Shown here: in pieces, positions 1 to 8,670 of the stretch
Layout of the letters: each line of letters begins with the position of its first letter
Position numbering within the stretch: the stretch's first letter is position 1
DNA from: an uncultured bacterium
Lineage (GTDB): Bacteria; Chloroflexota; UBA5177; JANWHV01
Length of the DNA stretch: 64,000 nt
Direction: 5' to 3'
Assembly (NCBI GenBank): GCA_963827235.1
Contig: CAWHAE010000009.1
Location: forward strand, 1,088,001-1,152,000
Made by a program: the position numbers and the translations under genes
The notes under the pieces: generated by a model
Database searches by the model: none
Seen by the model: only the letters and a program-made list of their open reading frames with translations
Told to the model about the DNA's origin: nothing

Positions 1-2
1 TT

Positions 3-2135
3 AGCGGCCAGGACGGGTGCGTAGCGCGCACGGCAGCGGAGCGACTCCTGAAAACCCTCAACCGAGTCTCCGGAAGGTCGATCCTGACAGCTTCTGGGGC
101 GGTCGACCGCCGTGAAGGGGGTAGTCGGCATCGCGCTTGCCCGAGCCCTTTACCAACGACTGGGACTGTTGCAGCCCGTCCGCACGGGACGCTACGTACA
201 GGCAGTCCGACTCCTCATCCCCGTAGACGATATTTCGATCTCTGGTGGGCAGATCGAGTCGGACTAGACGGTCAGGGTCGCGACGCCAACAAACAGCACG
301 CCGATCTCCTCGACGCCGACATCGGAATCGTCGACGGCGTGGCGACCATCAAGTTGCAACTCATCGAGGTGAAGAACCTCTACGGAAGTTATTCGAGTGG
401 CGGCTTGAGCGAGCCAGCCGAGCAAGTGCGCGCGATGCACCGAACGCTCGAAACCGTACTGTTCGGCCCCGACGGAAGCGGTCGGCGAGACGAGCCAATC
501 AAGACACACGAGTTCGTTCAGATCCTGGATTTCTACCTACGCCGAAGCTTTATGCAAACCTTGGGTCAAGATTCTGAAGCCCTGAGCGACGCACGACTCT
601 TCCGCATCGCGCTTCAAGAGGCAGCTGTGACCGGCAACCTGAACGTCGCGCTCGGCTATGGGTCGCCGCAGAGCGACTCGCCATCCGCTGGTGCGATCTT
701 GCACTTCACGTCCGAGCCAGGCGTCCCGGCGTTTTCGCTCGATCGCAGCGCGTACTTCACGGTAGAGGGATCCCCTCCGGTGCGCTACCTGCACCTGGGC
801 AGCTCAGACGTGGCGGCGTTGCTCTGCGAAACGAAGGATCTGGCCGAAGACGATCTGCGCGCAGCCATCAACGGCGTCCCGGCAAACGAGCGCGGGAACG
901 AACCCGAAGGCTCGCCAAACGGCGAAGAACCACAGGCGTCCGGCGGGGCTGCCAAGCCTGTAGCGTCAACGGTAGGATTGTTCGCGGATCGGATTGCTGA
1001 AAGACCGACGAGCACCATCGAACAAACGGACCTCCAAAGCGACCGAACGACGCGGCACGAAGAACAACAATCCGCGAGCACCCACTCCGTCGACACAGCA
1101 GAACGGGCTGCACAAATGCTCGAAGCGATAAAAGAGCGCACTCCCTACGTCGAGCAGGCGACAGCCGCGTTCGCAGGCTTCATCGGCAACGAGGAAGCGA
1201 AACAACTCCTCATACCGATCCTCGTGCAAGGCCTTCGAGAAACAACGAGAGCGCTGTCGATGAGCATCCTATTCGACGGGCCGCCGAGCACGGGCAAGAC
1301 GGAGCTAGCACGGCGCATAGCCGGCGCGTTGAAGCTTCCGTTCCTCCAGACATCTGGAGCAGCGCTCGGCAGCATAGACGAACTCCTAACCTCGATGAGA
1401 AACCAGGCAGAGGCTAAAGGAAGCCGCCTACAAACGACCGGACACGTAGGCGGCAGGCCGGTACACAGGTTCCCGCCGATGTGCGTGTTCATCGACGAGG
1501 CGCACGAACTGAAGAACGTGGTCCAGCAAGCACTGCTGACGTTTCTGGAGCCGAAGGATCGCCGAGGTGGTGGGCCGAAAACGAAATACGTTGCCGACGT
1601 CAGCGAAGTCACGTTCGTCTTCGCCACCACGGACTTCGGCAGCCTGGATCGTGCGCTTCGAACGCGAATGCAAAGGATTACCCTAGCGGCCTACACCCAA
1701 GAAGAGGTCGAGCGCATCGTCATAGGGACGCATCCGAATTGGCCTGCGGCAGTCTACCACCGACTGGTGGTAGCCGGCAGAAGGGTTCCGCGCATCGCGC
1801 TCGAACGAGCGCAAACTCTACAGCGCCACCTGGAAACCTATCCGGATCAGAGCCCGGAGGACGCTTTGGATCGCCTCTTCTCGCTGTGGAAGATGGACAA
1901 GCAAGGAATCTCCGAAGAAGACCGAAACCTGCTCCAAGCCCTAGCGAAAGAAGGCCGTCCGCTGGGCATCAACTACCTCGCCAACCAACTCGGCTCGAGC
2001 GAAGCCGACATTACGGATCTGATAGAACCGTACCTCACAGGCCTTGGATTCGTGGAGCGCACCGGAAGCGGACGCGCGATCACGGCGGCCGGACAGCGGT
2101 ATCTAGCGAAAATGCGGCAGGACAAGCAACCATAG
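3..2135 (+). CDS. 5'-truncated large protein: PD-(D/E)xK-like nuclease domain fused to a RuvB-like AAA+ ATPase with C-terminal winged helix
   Basis: The frame of ORF 339..2135 is open back to base 3. Nuclease-like motif HADLL...LQLIEVK (~297-375). Walker A GPPSTGKT, Walker B VFIDEAH, FATTDFGSLDRALRTR, RRVPRIA and the RuvB-type tail IEPYLTGLGFVERTGSGRAIT. A short stretch ~106-230 reads better in frame +1 (VKGVVGIALARAL...LLIPVDD), implying two compensating indels. Confidence 0.75.
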   Translation, partial: SGQDGCVARTAAERLLKTLNRVSGRSILTASGAVDRREGGSRHRACPSPLPTTGTVAARPHGTLRTGSPTPHPRRRYFDLWWADRVGLDGQGRDANKQHADLLDADIGIVDGVATIKLQLIEVKNLYGSYSSGGLSEPAEQVRAMHRTLETVLFGPDGSGRRDEPIKTHEFVQILDFYLRRSFMQTLGQDSEALSDARLFRIALQEAAVTGNLNVALGYGSPQSDSPSAGAILHFTSEPGVPAFSLDRSAYFTVEGSPPVRYLHLGSSDVAALLCETKDLAEDDLRAAINGVPANERGNEPEGSPNGEEPQASGGAAKPVASTVGLFADRIAERPTSTIEQTDLQSDRTTRHEEQQSASTHSVDTAERAAQMLEAIKERTPYVEQATAAFAGFIGNEEAKQLLIPILVQGLRETTRALSMSILFDGPPSTGKTELARRIAGALKLPFLQTSGAALGSIDELLTSMRNQAEAKGSRLQTTGHVGGRPVHRFPPMCVFIDEAHELKNVVQQALLTFLEPKDRRGGGPKTKYVADVSEVTFVFATTDFGSLDRALRTRMQRITLAAYTQEEVERIVIGTHPNWPAAVYHRLVVAGRRVPRIALERAQTLQRHLETYPDQSPEDALDRLFSLWKMDKQGISEEDRNLLQALAKEGRPLGINYLANQLGSSEADITDLIEPYLTGLGFVERTGSGRAITAAGQRYLAKMRQDKQP

Positions 2136-2217
2136 CGGCGAGCAGCAGCGCAAACGGGACGCACTTGCAGAGCCGGCGCGCGCCAACGAACGCACAAGCA
2201 CTCAGTGGAGTCAACAA

Positions 2218-2934
2218 ATGGACCCGCGCCACTCACCTTTAGAACCACTCAACGTTTGCATTTACTGTGGAGGCATTCCTGGCACACACGAGCACGTGCC
2301 CTCTGAGATTTTCCTGGACGAGCCGTACCCAGCCAACTTGATTACTCTTCCAGCGTGCGAGCCCTGCAACAACGGATTCTCCAAGGACGAGCTATACCTG
2401 GCATGCGTGCTCGAATGCGTCATCTGCGGAAGCACAGATCCATCCAAGGTTCGGCGTCCGAAGGTAAGAGAATCACTCGCTAACCAGCCACTGCTCTGCA
2501 AGTGCATCGAAAGATCGAGGATAGACAGCAACGACACTCCCAGATGGAGCGTCCAGCCGAAACGAGTAGCGCGGATCGTCGAAAAGCTAGCACGAGGCCA
2601 CGTAGCCGACGAGCTGTCTTGCACGGAGCTACATACAATACGACAAGATCCTATCAGGCTCAGATTTTCCCCTATTTCTATACTCAAGGATCCTTCCACG
2701 TTTTCGACTGCGACGCGGCATCGTAATCGGCCCACGCTTTGGCCGGAAGTAGGCACGAAAGCGCTAGAGCGTGCTGTAAGCGGGAGAGCCGATCACTTCA
2801 ACGTAGTAAACGAATGGGTGATCGTGCAGGCAGGCAGGTACCGGTACCTAGTAACCAAAACCGACAACCTGCACGTCCTCATGATGCTTAGCGAATACCT
2901 AGCGTGCGAAGTCGTCTGGCATGCAGAACAGTAG
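2218..2934 (+). CDS. HNH endonuclease family protein
   Basis: CIYCG...THEHVP...PACEPCNNG zinc-binding HNH motif at the N-terminus; 238-aa ORF. Confidence 0.8.
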   Translation: MDPRHSPLEPLNVCIYCGGIPGTHEHVPSEIFLDEPYPANLITLPACEPCNNGFSKDELYLACVLECVICGSTDPSKVRRPKVRESLANQPLLCKCIERSRIDSNDTPRWSVQPKRVARIVEKLARGHVADELSCTELHTIRQDPIRLRFSPISILKDPSTFSTATRHRNRPTLWPEVGTKALERAVSGRADHFNVVNEWVIVQAGRYRYLVTKTDNLHVLMMLSEYLACEVVWHAEQ

Positions 2935-3032
2935 CAATAAGGGCGGACTAAACCGTTCGCATTGAGGTCTCTGCCACGTATTAGTCGCAACAGAGCGCAA
3001 GCGAGAGATTTGCGCGGTGCCGCGGCAGCGCT

Positions 3033-3078
3033 GCAAGCCGGCGCGTCGCGCCGCCGGCTCGCCAGCCGGTACGCTTGC
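3033..3078 (+). repeat. ~46-bp GC-rich self-complementary repeat, copy 1 (upstream of CRISPR leader)
   Basis: GCAAGCCGGCGCGTCGCGCCGCCGGCTCGCCAGCCGGTACGCTTGC; closely similar to 4214-4258; ends GCAAGC and GCTTGC are complementary. Confidence 0.65.
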
Positions 3079-3079
3079 C

Positions 3080-3200
3080 CGCAGCCGCGTCCCCGAGCGC
3101 AGTACCAAGCAACTGATCGCCAAACCCGAACGAGTTGCAACGAATACTTAGGCGACCATTCATGCTGCAAGCACTCCTGAAGATGCACCAGAAAAGCAGT
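3080..3200 (+). promoter_or_regulatory. Probable CRISPR leader
   Basis: Comparatively A-rich non-coding stretch ending GAAAAGCAGT directly before repeat 1; the degenerate repeat is at the opposite end of the array. Confidence 0.5.
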
Positions 3201-4090
3201 ATCGTCCCCACGTGCGTGGGGGTGAACCGCCATCGTGGCGCTGACCGAGGCTGCCGAGGCGATTGTCCCCACGTGCGTGGGGGTGAACCGGTGAGCAGGT
3301 TCTGCTGCGCCTGCGTGAGCCCATCGTCCCCACGTGCGTGGGGGTGAACCGTTGCCGCGCCCGGTCATCGGAGAGCTGCACCGATCGTTCCCACGTGCGT
3401 GGGGGTGAACCGCGGCAGGGCCTCACAGCCTGGCAGGCGACGGGATTGTCCCACGTGCGTGGGGGTGAACCGCTGCAGGTGGGGTAATTGACGGCCATGA
3501 TGGCATCGTCCCCACGTGCGTGGGGGTGAACCGGATACGCTCAAGACGGCGATGTACGAGCACGCCATCGTCCCCACGTGCGTGGGGGTGAACCGCTGGG
3601 CGCCAAGCGCCTGCTGCCGGAGAAGCTATCGTCCCCACGTGCGTGGGGGTGAACCGATGCAGACTCAAAATTCCATTTATACACACGCATCGTCCCCACG
3701 TGCGTGGGGGGGGGGGGAACCGATCGACAAGCTCGGTGACGCGGAGGAGAGCGCATCGTCCCCACGTGCGTGGGGGTGAACCGATCGGTGCCGCATACGG
3801 GGCGGTAAATGCGGGATCGTCCCCACGTGCGTGGGGGTGAACCGACGTACGTGCAGGGCATCAACACGGTCACCGGATCGTCCCCACGTGCGTGGGGGTG
3901 AACCAGCAGTACCAGTAGCCCCAGTGCCACAGGAACACATCGTCCCCACGTGCGTGGGGGTGAACCGAGATCGGGATCCTGGGCCGGGATGGGGATGAAA
4001 TCGTCCCCACGTGCGTGGGGGTGAACCGTCGAAGTACCGCTGGAGCATGAGAATCCTTCTGATCATCCCCATTGTGCCTGAGGGTAGCGT
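3201..4090 (+). CRISPR. Type I-E-like CRISPR array: 14 repeats plus 1 degenerate terminal repeat, 14 spacers of 32-33 bp, no cas genes in window
   Basis: 29-bp repeat ATCGTCCCCACGTGCGTGGGGGTGAACCG at 3201, 3262, 3323, 3384, 3445, 3505, 3567, 3628, 3689, 3755, 3816, 3877, 3939 and 4000; degenerate ATCATCCCCATTGTGCCTGAGGGTAG at 4062. The CCCCAC/GTGGGG hairpin and GTGAACCG 3' end are typical of I-E. Confidence 0.97.
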
Positions 4091-4213
4091 GCCAAACTGT
4101 AGCGGCGAACTTACACAGAAAGTTGAGAAGCCAATCACGGACCGGCATGCTCCCAAAGCAGAGCCCAAGTGCAGGACTCCAAAGTCAGCACGGCCGGGTG
4201 CCACGACTCCACG

Positions 4214-4258
4214 GCAAGCCGACGCTACGCGCCGCCGGCTCGCCCGCCGGAAGCTTGC
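4214..4258 (+). repeat. ~45-bp GC-rich self-complementary repeat, copy 2 (downstream of CRISPR)
   Basis: GCAAGCCGACGCTACGCGCCGCCGGCTCGCCCGCCGGAAGCTTGC; direct repeat of 3033-3078. Confidence 0.65.
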
Positions 4259-4575
4259 CGGGAAGCCCGCCACCCGGCACGACTATTCCCATTGACCTTA
4301 GCGCGGGTACGGACTACGCTACAGGCGTGACGTGTGCAAGAGGCATTTGAGCACGGATCTTGGCACCAGCACCCGCGGTGCGGCAGTCAGGTGTTCGCCC
4401 AGACGTGCATGAAGTCCGGCAACCAAGACCCGTCACATCACCTAAGCTTCTACACAAACTTCTACACAGGCGCGGCGTCGCACGCGTTCCAGACCATTTC
4501 CAATCGTCCAGCGAGGCGCTTGCCCGAGCGCGCTACCCCGAGACAGGTTGGACCCAAGGGACGGGGAAGTCCAGC

Positions 4576-4649
4576 TGGCGAGCGCTCTCTGGCCATGTAC
4601 GGGGTCTTTGGAACCGGCATTCCCAGTTTCGAGTCCTGACACGCCAACC
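4576..4649 (+). pseudogene. Degenerate tRNA-Gln(UUG)-like sequence or att-site remnant
   Basis: GGT-CTTTGGA-ACCGG-CATTC-CCAGT-TTCGAGT-CCTGA-CACGCCA-ACC resembles the anticodon arm, T arm and acceptor 3' strand of tRNA-Gln. TGGCGAG at 4576 pairs 6/7 with CACGCCA at the expected distance. D arm and T stem are broken. Confidence 0.5.
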
Positions 4650-4860
4650 CCGACTATCTCAACCTTGAGAGCAAAGCGACAGCACTTTCGCTCGTGCTAT
4701 TCCAGTGGTCGGACGACGTTCATACGGCCCACGAAGAGGCCGAGTGCTGGGCAGGTCTCAGGACTTGTTCTCCCCTTGCGCAACGTGAACTTGCAAGGCG
4801 GAGTTACGGTCTCCACCATGGAACGTCGACACTAGCACGGTCAAGAACGATCGGATGTTG

Positions 4861-4996
4861 GCGTAGGCTGATGATTAAATCCCGGCAGTATTGCAGCGAT
4901 GATGGTTAAAAACGGTGAGATCGGGGGTTGTGACCTCAAGAGAGGCAAGCGCAGACTGATGGTTACGGAGTGCGCAGAATTATGCCTAAACTGACA
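4861..4996 (-). repeat. Transposon end: terminal TGTCAG plus four putative transposase (TnsB-like) binding repeats
   Basis: GCGTAGGCTGATGATTAAA (4861), GCAGCGATGATGGTTAAA (4893), GCGCAGACTGATGGTTACG (4949), GCGCAGAATTATGCCTAAA (4972), then CTGACA. Confidence 0.7.
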
Positions 4997-5217
4997 AGAT
5001 CGCGAGCGCGACCTACTGGATGGCGGTGGCGGACCCGCGGGTGATCGACACGATCGAGGTGGGGTTCGTGGGCGGGCAGATGAACCCGCAGCTGTTCATC
5101 CAGGACCAGCCGCTGTTCGGGAACAACTTCACCAACGACGTGATCACCTACAAGGTGCGGCACGAGTACGGCGGGGCGGTGGTCGACTACCGCGGGTTCT
5201 ACCTGGGGAACAACTGA
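4997..5217 (+). pseudogene. 3' fragment of a Mu-like gpT family major capsid protein gene, interrupted by the transposon
   Basis: IASATYWMAVADPRVIDTIEVGFVGG...FTNDVITYKVRHEYGGAVVDYRGFY matches the typical C-terminus of gpT-family capsids; the reading frame begins abruptly at the transposon end. Confidence 0.8.
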
Positions 5218-5220
5218 CAG

Positions 5221-5264
5221 CCTGCGACTGCGGTCGCATGGCAGCAGATGGGGGACTGCGGTCC
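5221..5264 (+). repeat. Intergenic double-hairpin element, copy 1
   Basis: CC-TGCGAC-TGCG-GTCGCA-TGGCAGCAGATGG-GGGAC-TGCG-GTCC, immediately after the capsid stop codon. Confidence 0.85.
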
Positions 5265-5269
5265 AGGGA

Positions 5270-5794
5270 GTGGGGGTGAGGATGCAGGAGCGAGAGCAGG
5301 AGGGGGCGCCGGCCTACTACTCGGCGGAGTACCCGGTGGCGCTCAACCAGCCGCCTGGGGTGCAGCCGAGCGGGTTGCCGAACCAGCCGGACGGCAGCAT
5401 GGATGTGGCGGACGATGCGCCGTACAGCGACGTGGTGGTCTCGGATGCCACGATTGGCGGGCCGCTGCTGGCGCAGAGTCCGCTCTACCAGCCGCCGCAG
5501 CCGCCGATCGACCAGGACGAGCTGCAGGGCATGAGCTTCGCGGGCAGGCTGCAGCCGCCGATCGGCTTTTCGGGAGGGACGTATGCGCTCAATACGGAGT
5601 TTGATGCGGGCTCTCCGACCGAGGTGCCGGACGCGGCGCTGCCTGGTCTGCGGGATGGAGCATACCGGGCTTCCACTCGACTGAAGAAGCAGGCGGACCA
5701 GGGCATCATGGACAACCTGCTGCGGCAGGGGGGCAGCTACTTGGAAGTGAATCAGGCGCCCTGGTGCGGCGACGACCGGCCTGCAGGCCGATGA
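5270..5794 (+). CDS. Hypothetical phage protein (Pro/Gln/Asp-rich); likely start ATG 5282
   Basis: ORF in the virion operon with RBS-like GAGG and codon style matching its neighbours. Confidence 0.55.
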   Translation: MGVRMQEREQEGAPAYYSAEYPVALNQPPGVQPSGLPNQPDGSMDVADDAPYSDVVVSDATIGGPLLAQSPLYQPPQPPIDQDELQGMSFAGRLQPPIGFSGGTYALNTEFDAGSPTEVPDAALPGLRDGAYRASTRLKKQADQGIMDNLLRQGGSYLEVNQAPWCGDDRPAGR

Positions 5795-5810
5795 AAGGAC
5801 AGGGAGGGAG

Positions 5811-6320
5811 ATGAGGGGTAGGGTCTTCTCGGTGCTGGCGGTGGTCATCGCCGTGCTGCTCTTCGTGCCGCGGGCGCTGGGGGCGGCGGGCAATGCGGTC
5901 TACCAGCAGACGTCGCCCAGCGCGGATGGGGAGGCGCAGCACAACGCCAATCGCACGGGACTGCAGGGCATGCAGCCGCCGGGGTTTGCCCATGCGCGGA
6001 GCATCGCGCCGGTGGATGGCGAGGAGCGGCCGAGCTTGAACGGGACGCCGACGATCAGCGACACGTACAACCCGCGCGACCAGGGAACGGACTGGCCGGC
6101 GGATGCCTTCACGGCGCTGGTGGTCGGGCATCAGAGTCCGGAGCCGATCTCGCGGCCGGCGCTGCACAGCTATGCCGGCGACGGGAACATGGAGGCGGCC
6201 AGCGTGTTCCCGCCCTTCAGCCGGCAGGAGGACCGCTTCGACCTGGGCGCCTATACGGGCGCGGTGGGTCCGGCGGGCGGCAGCACGCCCGAGGCGCATC
6301 CCGAGATCACGGCGCCCTGA
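5811..6320 (+). CDS. Hypothetical protein with N-terminal signal or membrane segment
   Basis: GGAGGG RBS; hydrophobic N-terminus VFSVLAVVIAVLLFVPRALG. Confidence 0.55.
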   Translation: MRGRVFSVLAVVIAVLLFVPRALGAAGNAVYQQTSPSADGEAQHNANRTGLQGMQPPGFAHARSIAPVDGEERPSLNGTPTISDTYNPRDQGTDWPADAFTALVVGHQSPEPISRPALHSYAGDGNMEAASVFPPFSRQEDRFDLGAYTGAVGPAGGSTPEAHPEITAP

Positions 6321-6405
6321 CCACCGCACCCTGACATACCTTTTGTGCGGCGGTAGTTCTGGGGGCCGCGTTGGGACGGGACGGCGCGGCCCCACCATTG
6401 AGGAG

Positions 6406-6450
6406 CCTGCGGTTGCGATCGCATGGCAGCGCATGGGGGACTGCGGTCCC
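6406..6450 (+). repeat. Intergenic double-hairpin element, copy 2 (covariant stem)
   Basis: TGCGGT-TGCG-ATCGCA ... GGGAC-TGCG-GTCCC; the substitutions preserve pairing. Confidence 0.8.
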
Positions 6451-6472
6451 GGGGTGAGGAGGGAGGTGCCGG

Positions 6473-8326
6473 GTGGCGCGGGCGTTTCTGGCCTACTACA
6501 GCGACTGCGTGCTGAGCGCGAGCGGGGTAGCGGTGAGCGGGGCCACGGTGGCGCTCTACGCCGCGTCGTCGTTTGCCGCCGGGGTGCTGCCGACGGGCGG
6601 GACGGGGCTGCCGGCGGCGACGGCGAGCACGACCACGGACATCAACGGCAAGTTCGCCCTGGCCGTGCCGCCGGACGACTACCACCAGCTGGTGACCTCC
6701 ACGCCCTACGGCGGCGGCACGGTCTATGCCTGGAGCTACTTCGTGCCGGTGTGCTCGGCGGAGATGGTGCGGCGGGGGGTGGCGGGGGCACGGGCGGCGG
6801 GGCTGCCGCGGGCGCTGGCCCGGCTGGCGGCGGGCGCCAACGTGACCATCTTCTGCTGTGGCGACGACGTGACGGTGGGATACAACGCCACGGGGACGGT
6901 GACGGGCGGCTGGGTGGGGCTGCTGGCGGCGCGCTGGCCGCGCAGTATCCCACGGCCACGGTGGTGCGGCAGGACCCGCAGCAGCTACGGCACGACCAGC
7001 GACGGGGCGATTCCCGGGCTGGAACCCGACCACGGTGCAGACGGGGACGGGGACGCAGACGCTCACCGTGGTCAACGCGGGGGTGAAGGGCGACACGGTG
7101 CTGCGCATGCTGCGCCGCTTCGCCAACCTGACCACGAGCTGGCCGGCGGCGGACGTGGTGGTCGCGGCCTTCGGGCTGTGGGAGTCGACGACCGGGGCGA
7201 CGCAGCAGTACGTCGACGCGCGGCGGACTTCCAGGCGCAGCTGGAGGCGCTGGTGAACATCACCCGCAGCTTCACGCAGGCGGAGGTGCTGCTGTGCACG
7301 CCGCACTGTCAACGCCGAACGCGAGCAACCTGGACGACTACGCGAACGCGGTGCGCGCGGTGGCGGCGCGGGTGCGCACGGACATGGCGGACATCCGGCA
7401 GCTGTGGCTGGACCGCTACGTCTCCGGCGGGGCCAACGGCGGCTACGACCCCTGGCTGAACGTCGTCGGTGAGCACGACGCTGCCGACGGACGCGGGGCA
7501 CGCGGCGATGGCGGGGGAGATGGCCAGGCACTTCCAGGTGCCGCTGCTGGTGCCGTTCGAGGGCTCGGGCTTCGGGGCGGGGAAGGTGTGGGAGCTGGTG
7601 CGGGTGCCCTACATCGAGCACGCAGGTGGCGATGGTGGGCACGGGCTGGGCGGCGCACTGCGGGCTGGCAGGGGGCGACGTCTGAACATGGCGGGGGGCA
7701 CGGAGTACGTGACCAGCCATGCCGGGGACACGGTGACCATCCAGGGGCGCTTCGTGGACGTGGCGCTGCTGGCCGGCGCTTCTCGGACTGCGGGCAGGTG
7801 GGGGTGCAGGTGGACGGGGGCGGCTCGACCACCTATCGACCTCTACCGGGCCTATCCGGCGAGCACGAGCGACCTGGGCGACGCCAACGGGGCCTCGGCG
7901 CCGCAGGATCGGGTGCTGGTGGCGCACGGGCTGACGCGACGCGGTGCACACGGTGGTGATCACCTGTCTGGGGACGAAGAACGCGGGCAGCTCGCGGCTA
8001 CAACTTGCGCTTCGAGGGCTTGGAGCTGGGGCGGTGGCGGCGGCAGGGCTACGAGGTGGAGGCGAACGAGGCGCAGCAGCGGGTGCAGCGGGGCGTGAGC
8101 AACGTGACGTTCAGCAGCCGGCCGTCGTCCACGGCGGCGGTGACGTTCGGCGTGGCGTTCACCGGGTCAGCTGATCAACCCGACGGTGGCGGCCTGCAGT
8201 CACGACGCCAACTACTACTGCACGGTCTCGGGGATGAGCAACACGGGGTTCACGCTGACGGCGGTGCGGCGGGACGGCACGAGCTACACGGGCACGGTAG
8301 TGTGCGACTGGATCGCGGTGGGGTAG
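6473..8326 (+). CDS. Tail spike/fibre-like protein with SGNH/GDSL-fold domain and C-terminal lectin-like domain (several frameshifts)
   Basis: Pieced from ORFs 6473, 7035, 7294, 7469 and 8005. SGNH-like blocks IFCCGDDVTVG, VVNAGVKGDT, AAFGLWE and LPTDAGHAAMA; ends TGFTLTAVRRDG...DWIAVG* at 8326. Confidence 0.6.
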
Positions 8327-8329
8327 CGG

Positions 8330-8374
8330 CCTGCGACTGCGGTCGCATGGAAGCAGGTGGGGGACTGCGGTCCC
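8330..8374 (+). repeat. Intergenic double-hairpin element, copy 3
   Basis: CCTGCGACTGCGGTCGCATGGAAGCAGGTGGGGGACTGCGGTCCC, 3 bp after a stop codon. Confidence 0.85.
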
Positions 8375-8411
8375 AGGTGGACGCGGGACGGGTGAGCGGG
8401 GAGGTGAGGGG

Positions 8412-8669
8412 ATGCAGTCGGGGCGCGGGATACCTGGCGGGGCATCGCGGGCGACGCACCGGTCGAGGCAGTCACTCTACGTGCTGCGCGACGAGCTCGA
8501 CTGCAGCGGGTGCGAGTTCGGGCGGCTGAACCGGGAGCGCATCACCTGGATGGCGGAGGCGGTGGAGAAGGTGGACAAGAAGCTCAACTACGTGCTGGCG
8601 GCGGCGGGTCTGCAGCTCTTCGGCTTCCTGCTGACCGTGGTCGGCGTGCTCGTCTACCGGGTGCATTGA
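8412..8669 (+). CDS. Small coiled-coil protein with C-terminal TM helix (XhlA/holin-like)
   Basis: AEAVEKVDKKLNYVLAAAGLQLFGFLLTVVGVLVY: coiled coil followed by one hydrophobic helix. Confidence 0.5.
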   Translation: MQSGRGIPGGASRATHRSRQSLYVLRDELDCSGCEFGRLNRERITWMAEAVEKVDKKLNYVLAAAGLQLFGFLLTVVGVLVYRVH

Positions 8670-8670
8670 C

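Larger units (their letters stand above)
1..4996. mobile_element. Right part of a Tn7/Tn5053/Mu-family transposon-like element (left end and transposase outside the window)
   Basis: Ends in ...AAACTGACA at 4996 (reverse complement TGTCAGTTTAGGCATAATTCTGCGC), preceded by four related ~19-bp repeats. Sequence immediately right of it resumes mid-gene in a capsid ORF. No transposase is visible in the window. Confidence 0.65.

Noticed and set aside
339-2135. Annotating the ORF as housekeeping ruvB starting at 339
   Set aside because: The frame is open to the window start, carries a long extra N-terminal domain, diverges from canonical RuvB motifs, has no ruvC/ruvA-like neighbour visible and lies in mobile cargo.
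4029-4042. Spacer 14 begins TCGAAGTACCGCTG, identical to 27643-27656 in the satellite's second TMP-like gene (possible self or satellite targeting)
   Set aside because: Only 14 of 33 nt match, the rest diverges and there is no AAG-like PAM; compatible with chance in GC-rich DNA. No full spacer match was noticed by eye in the window.
2793-4350. Numerous ORFs overlapping the CRISPR array
   Set aside because: Translations are repeat-derived (FTPTHVGT, SPPRTWG); not genes.
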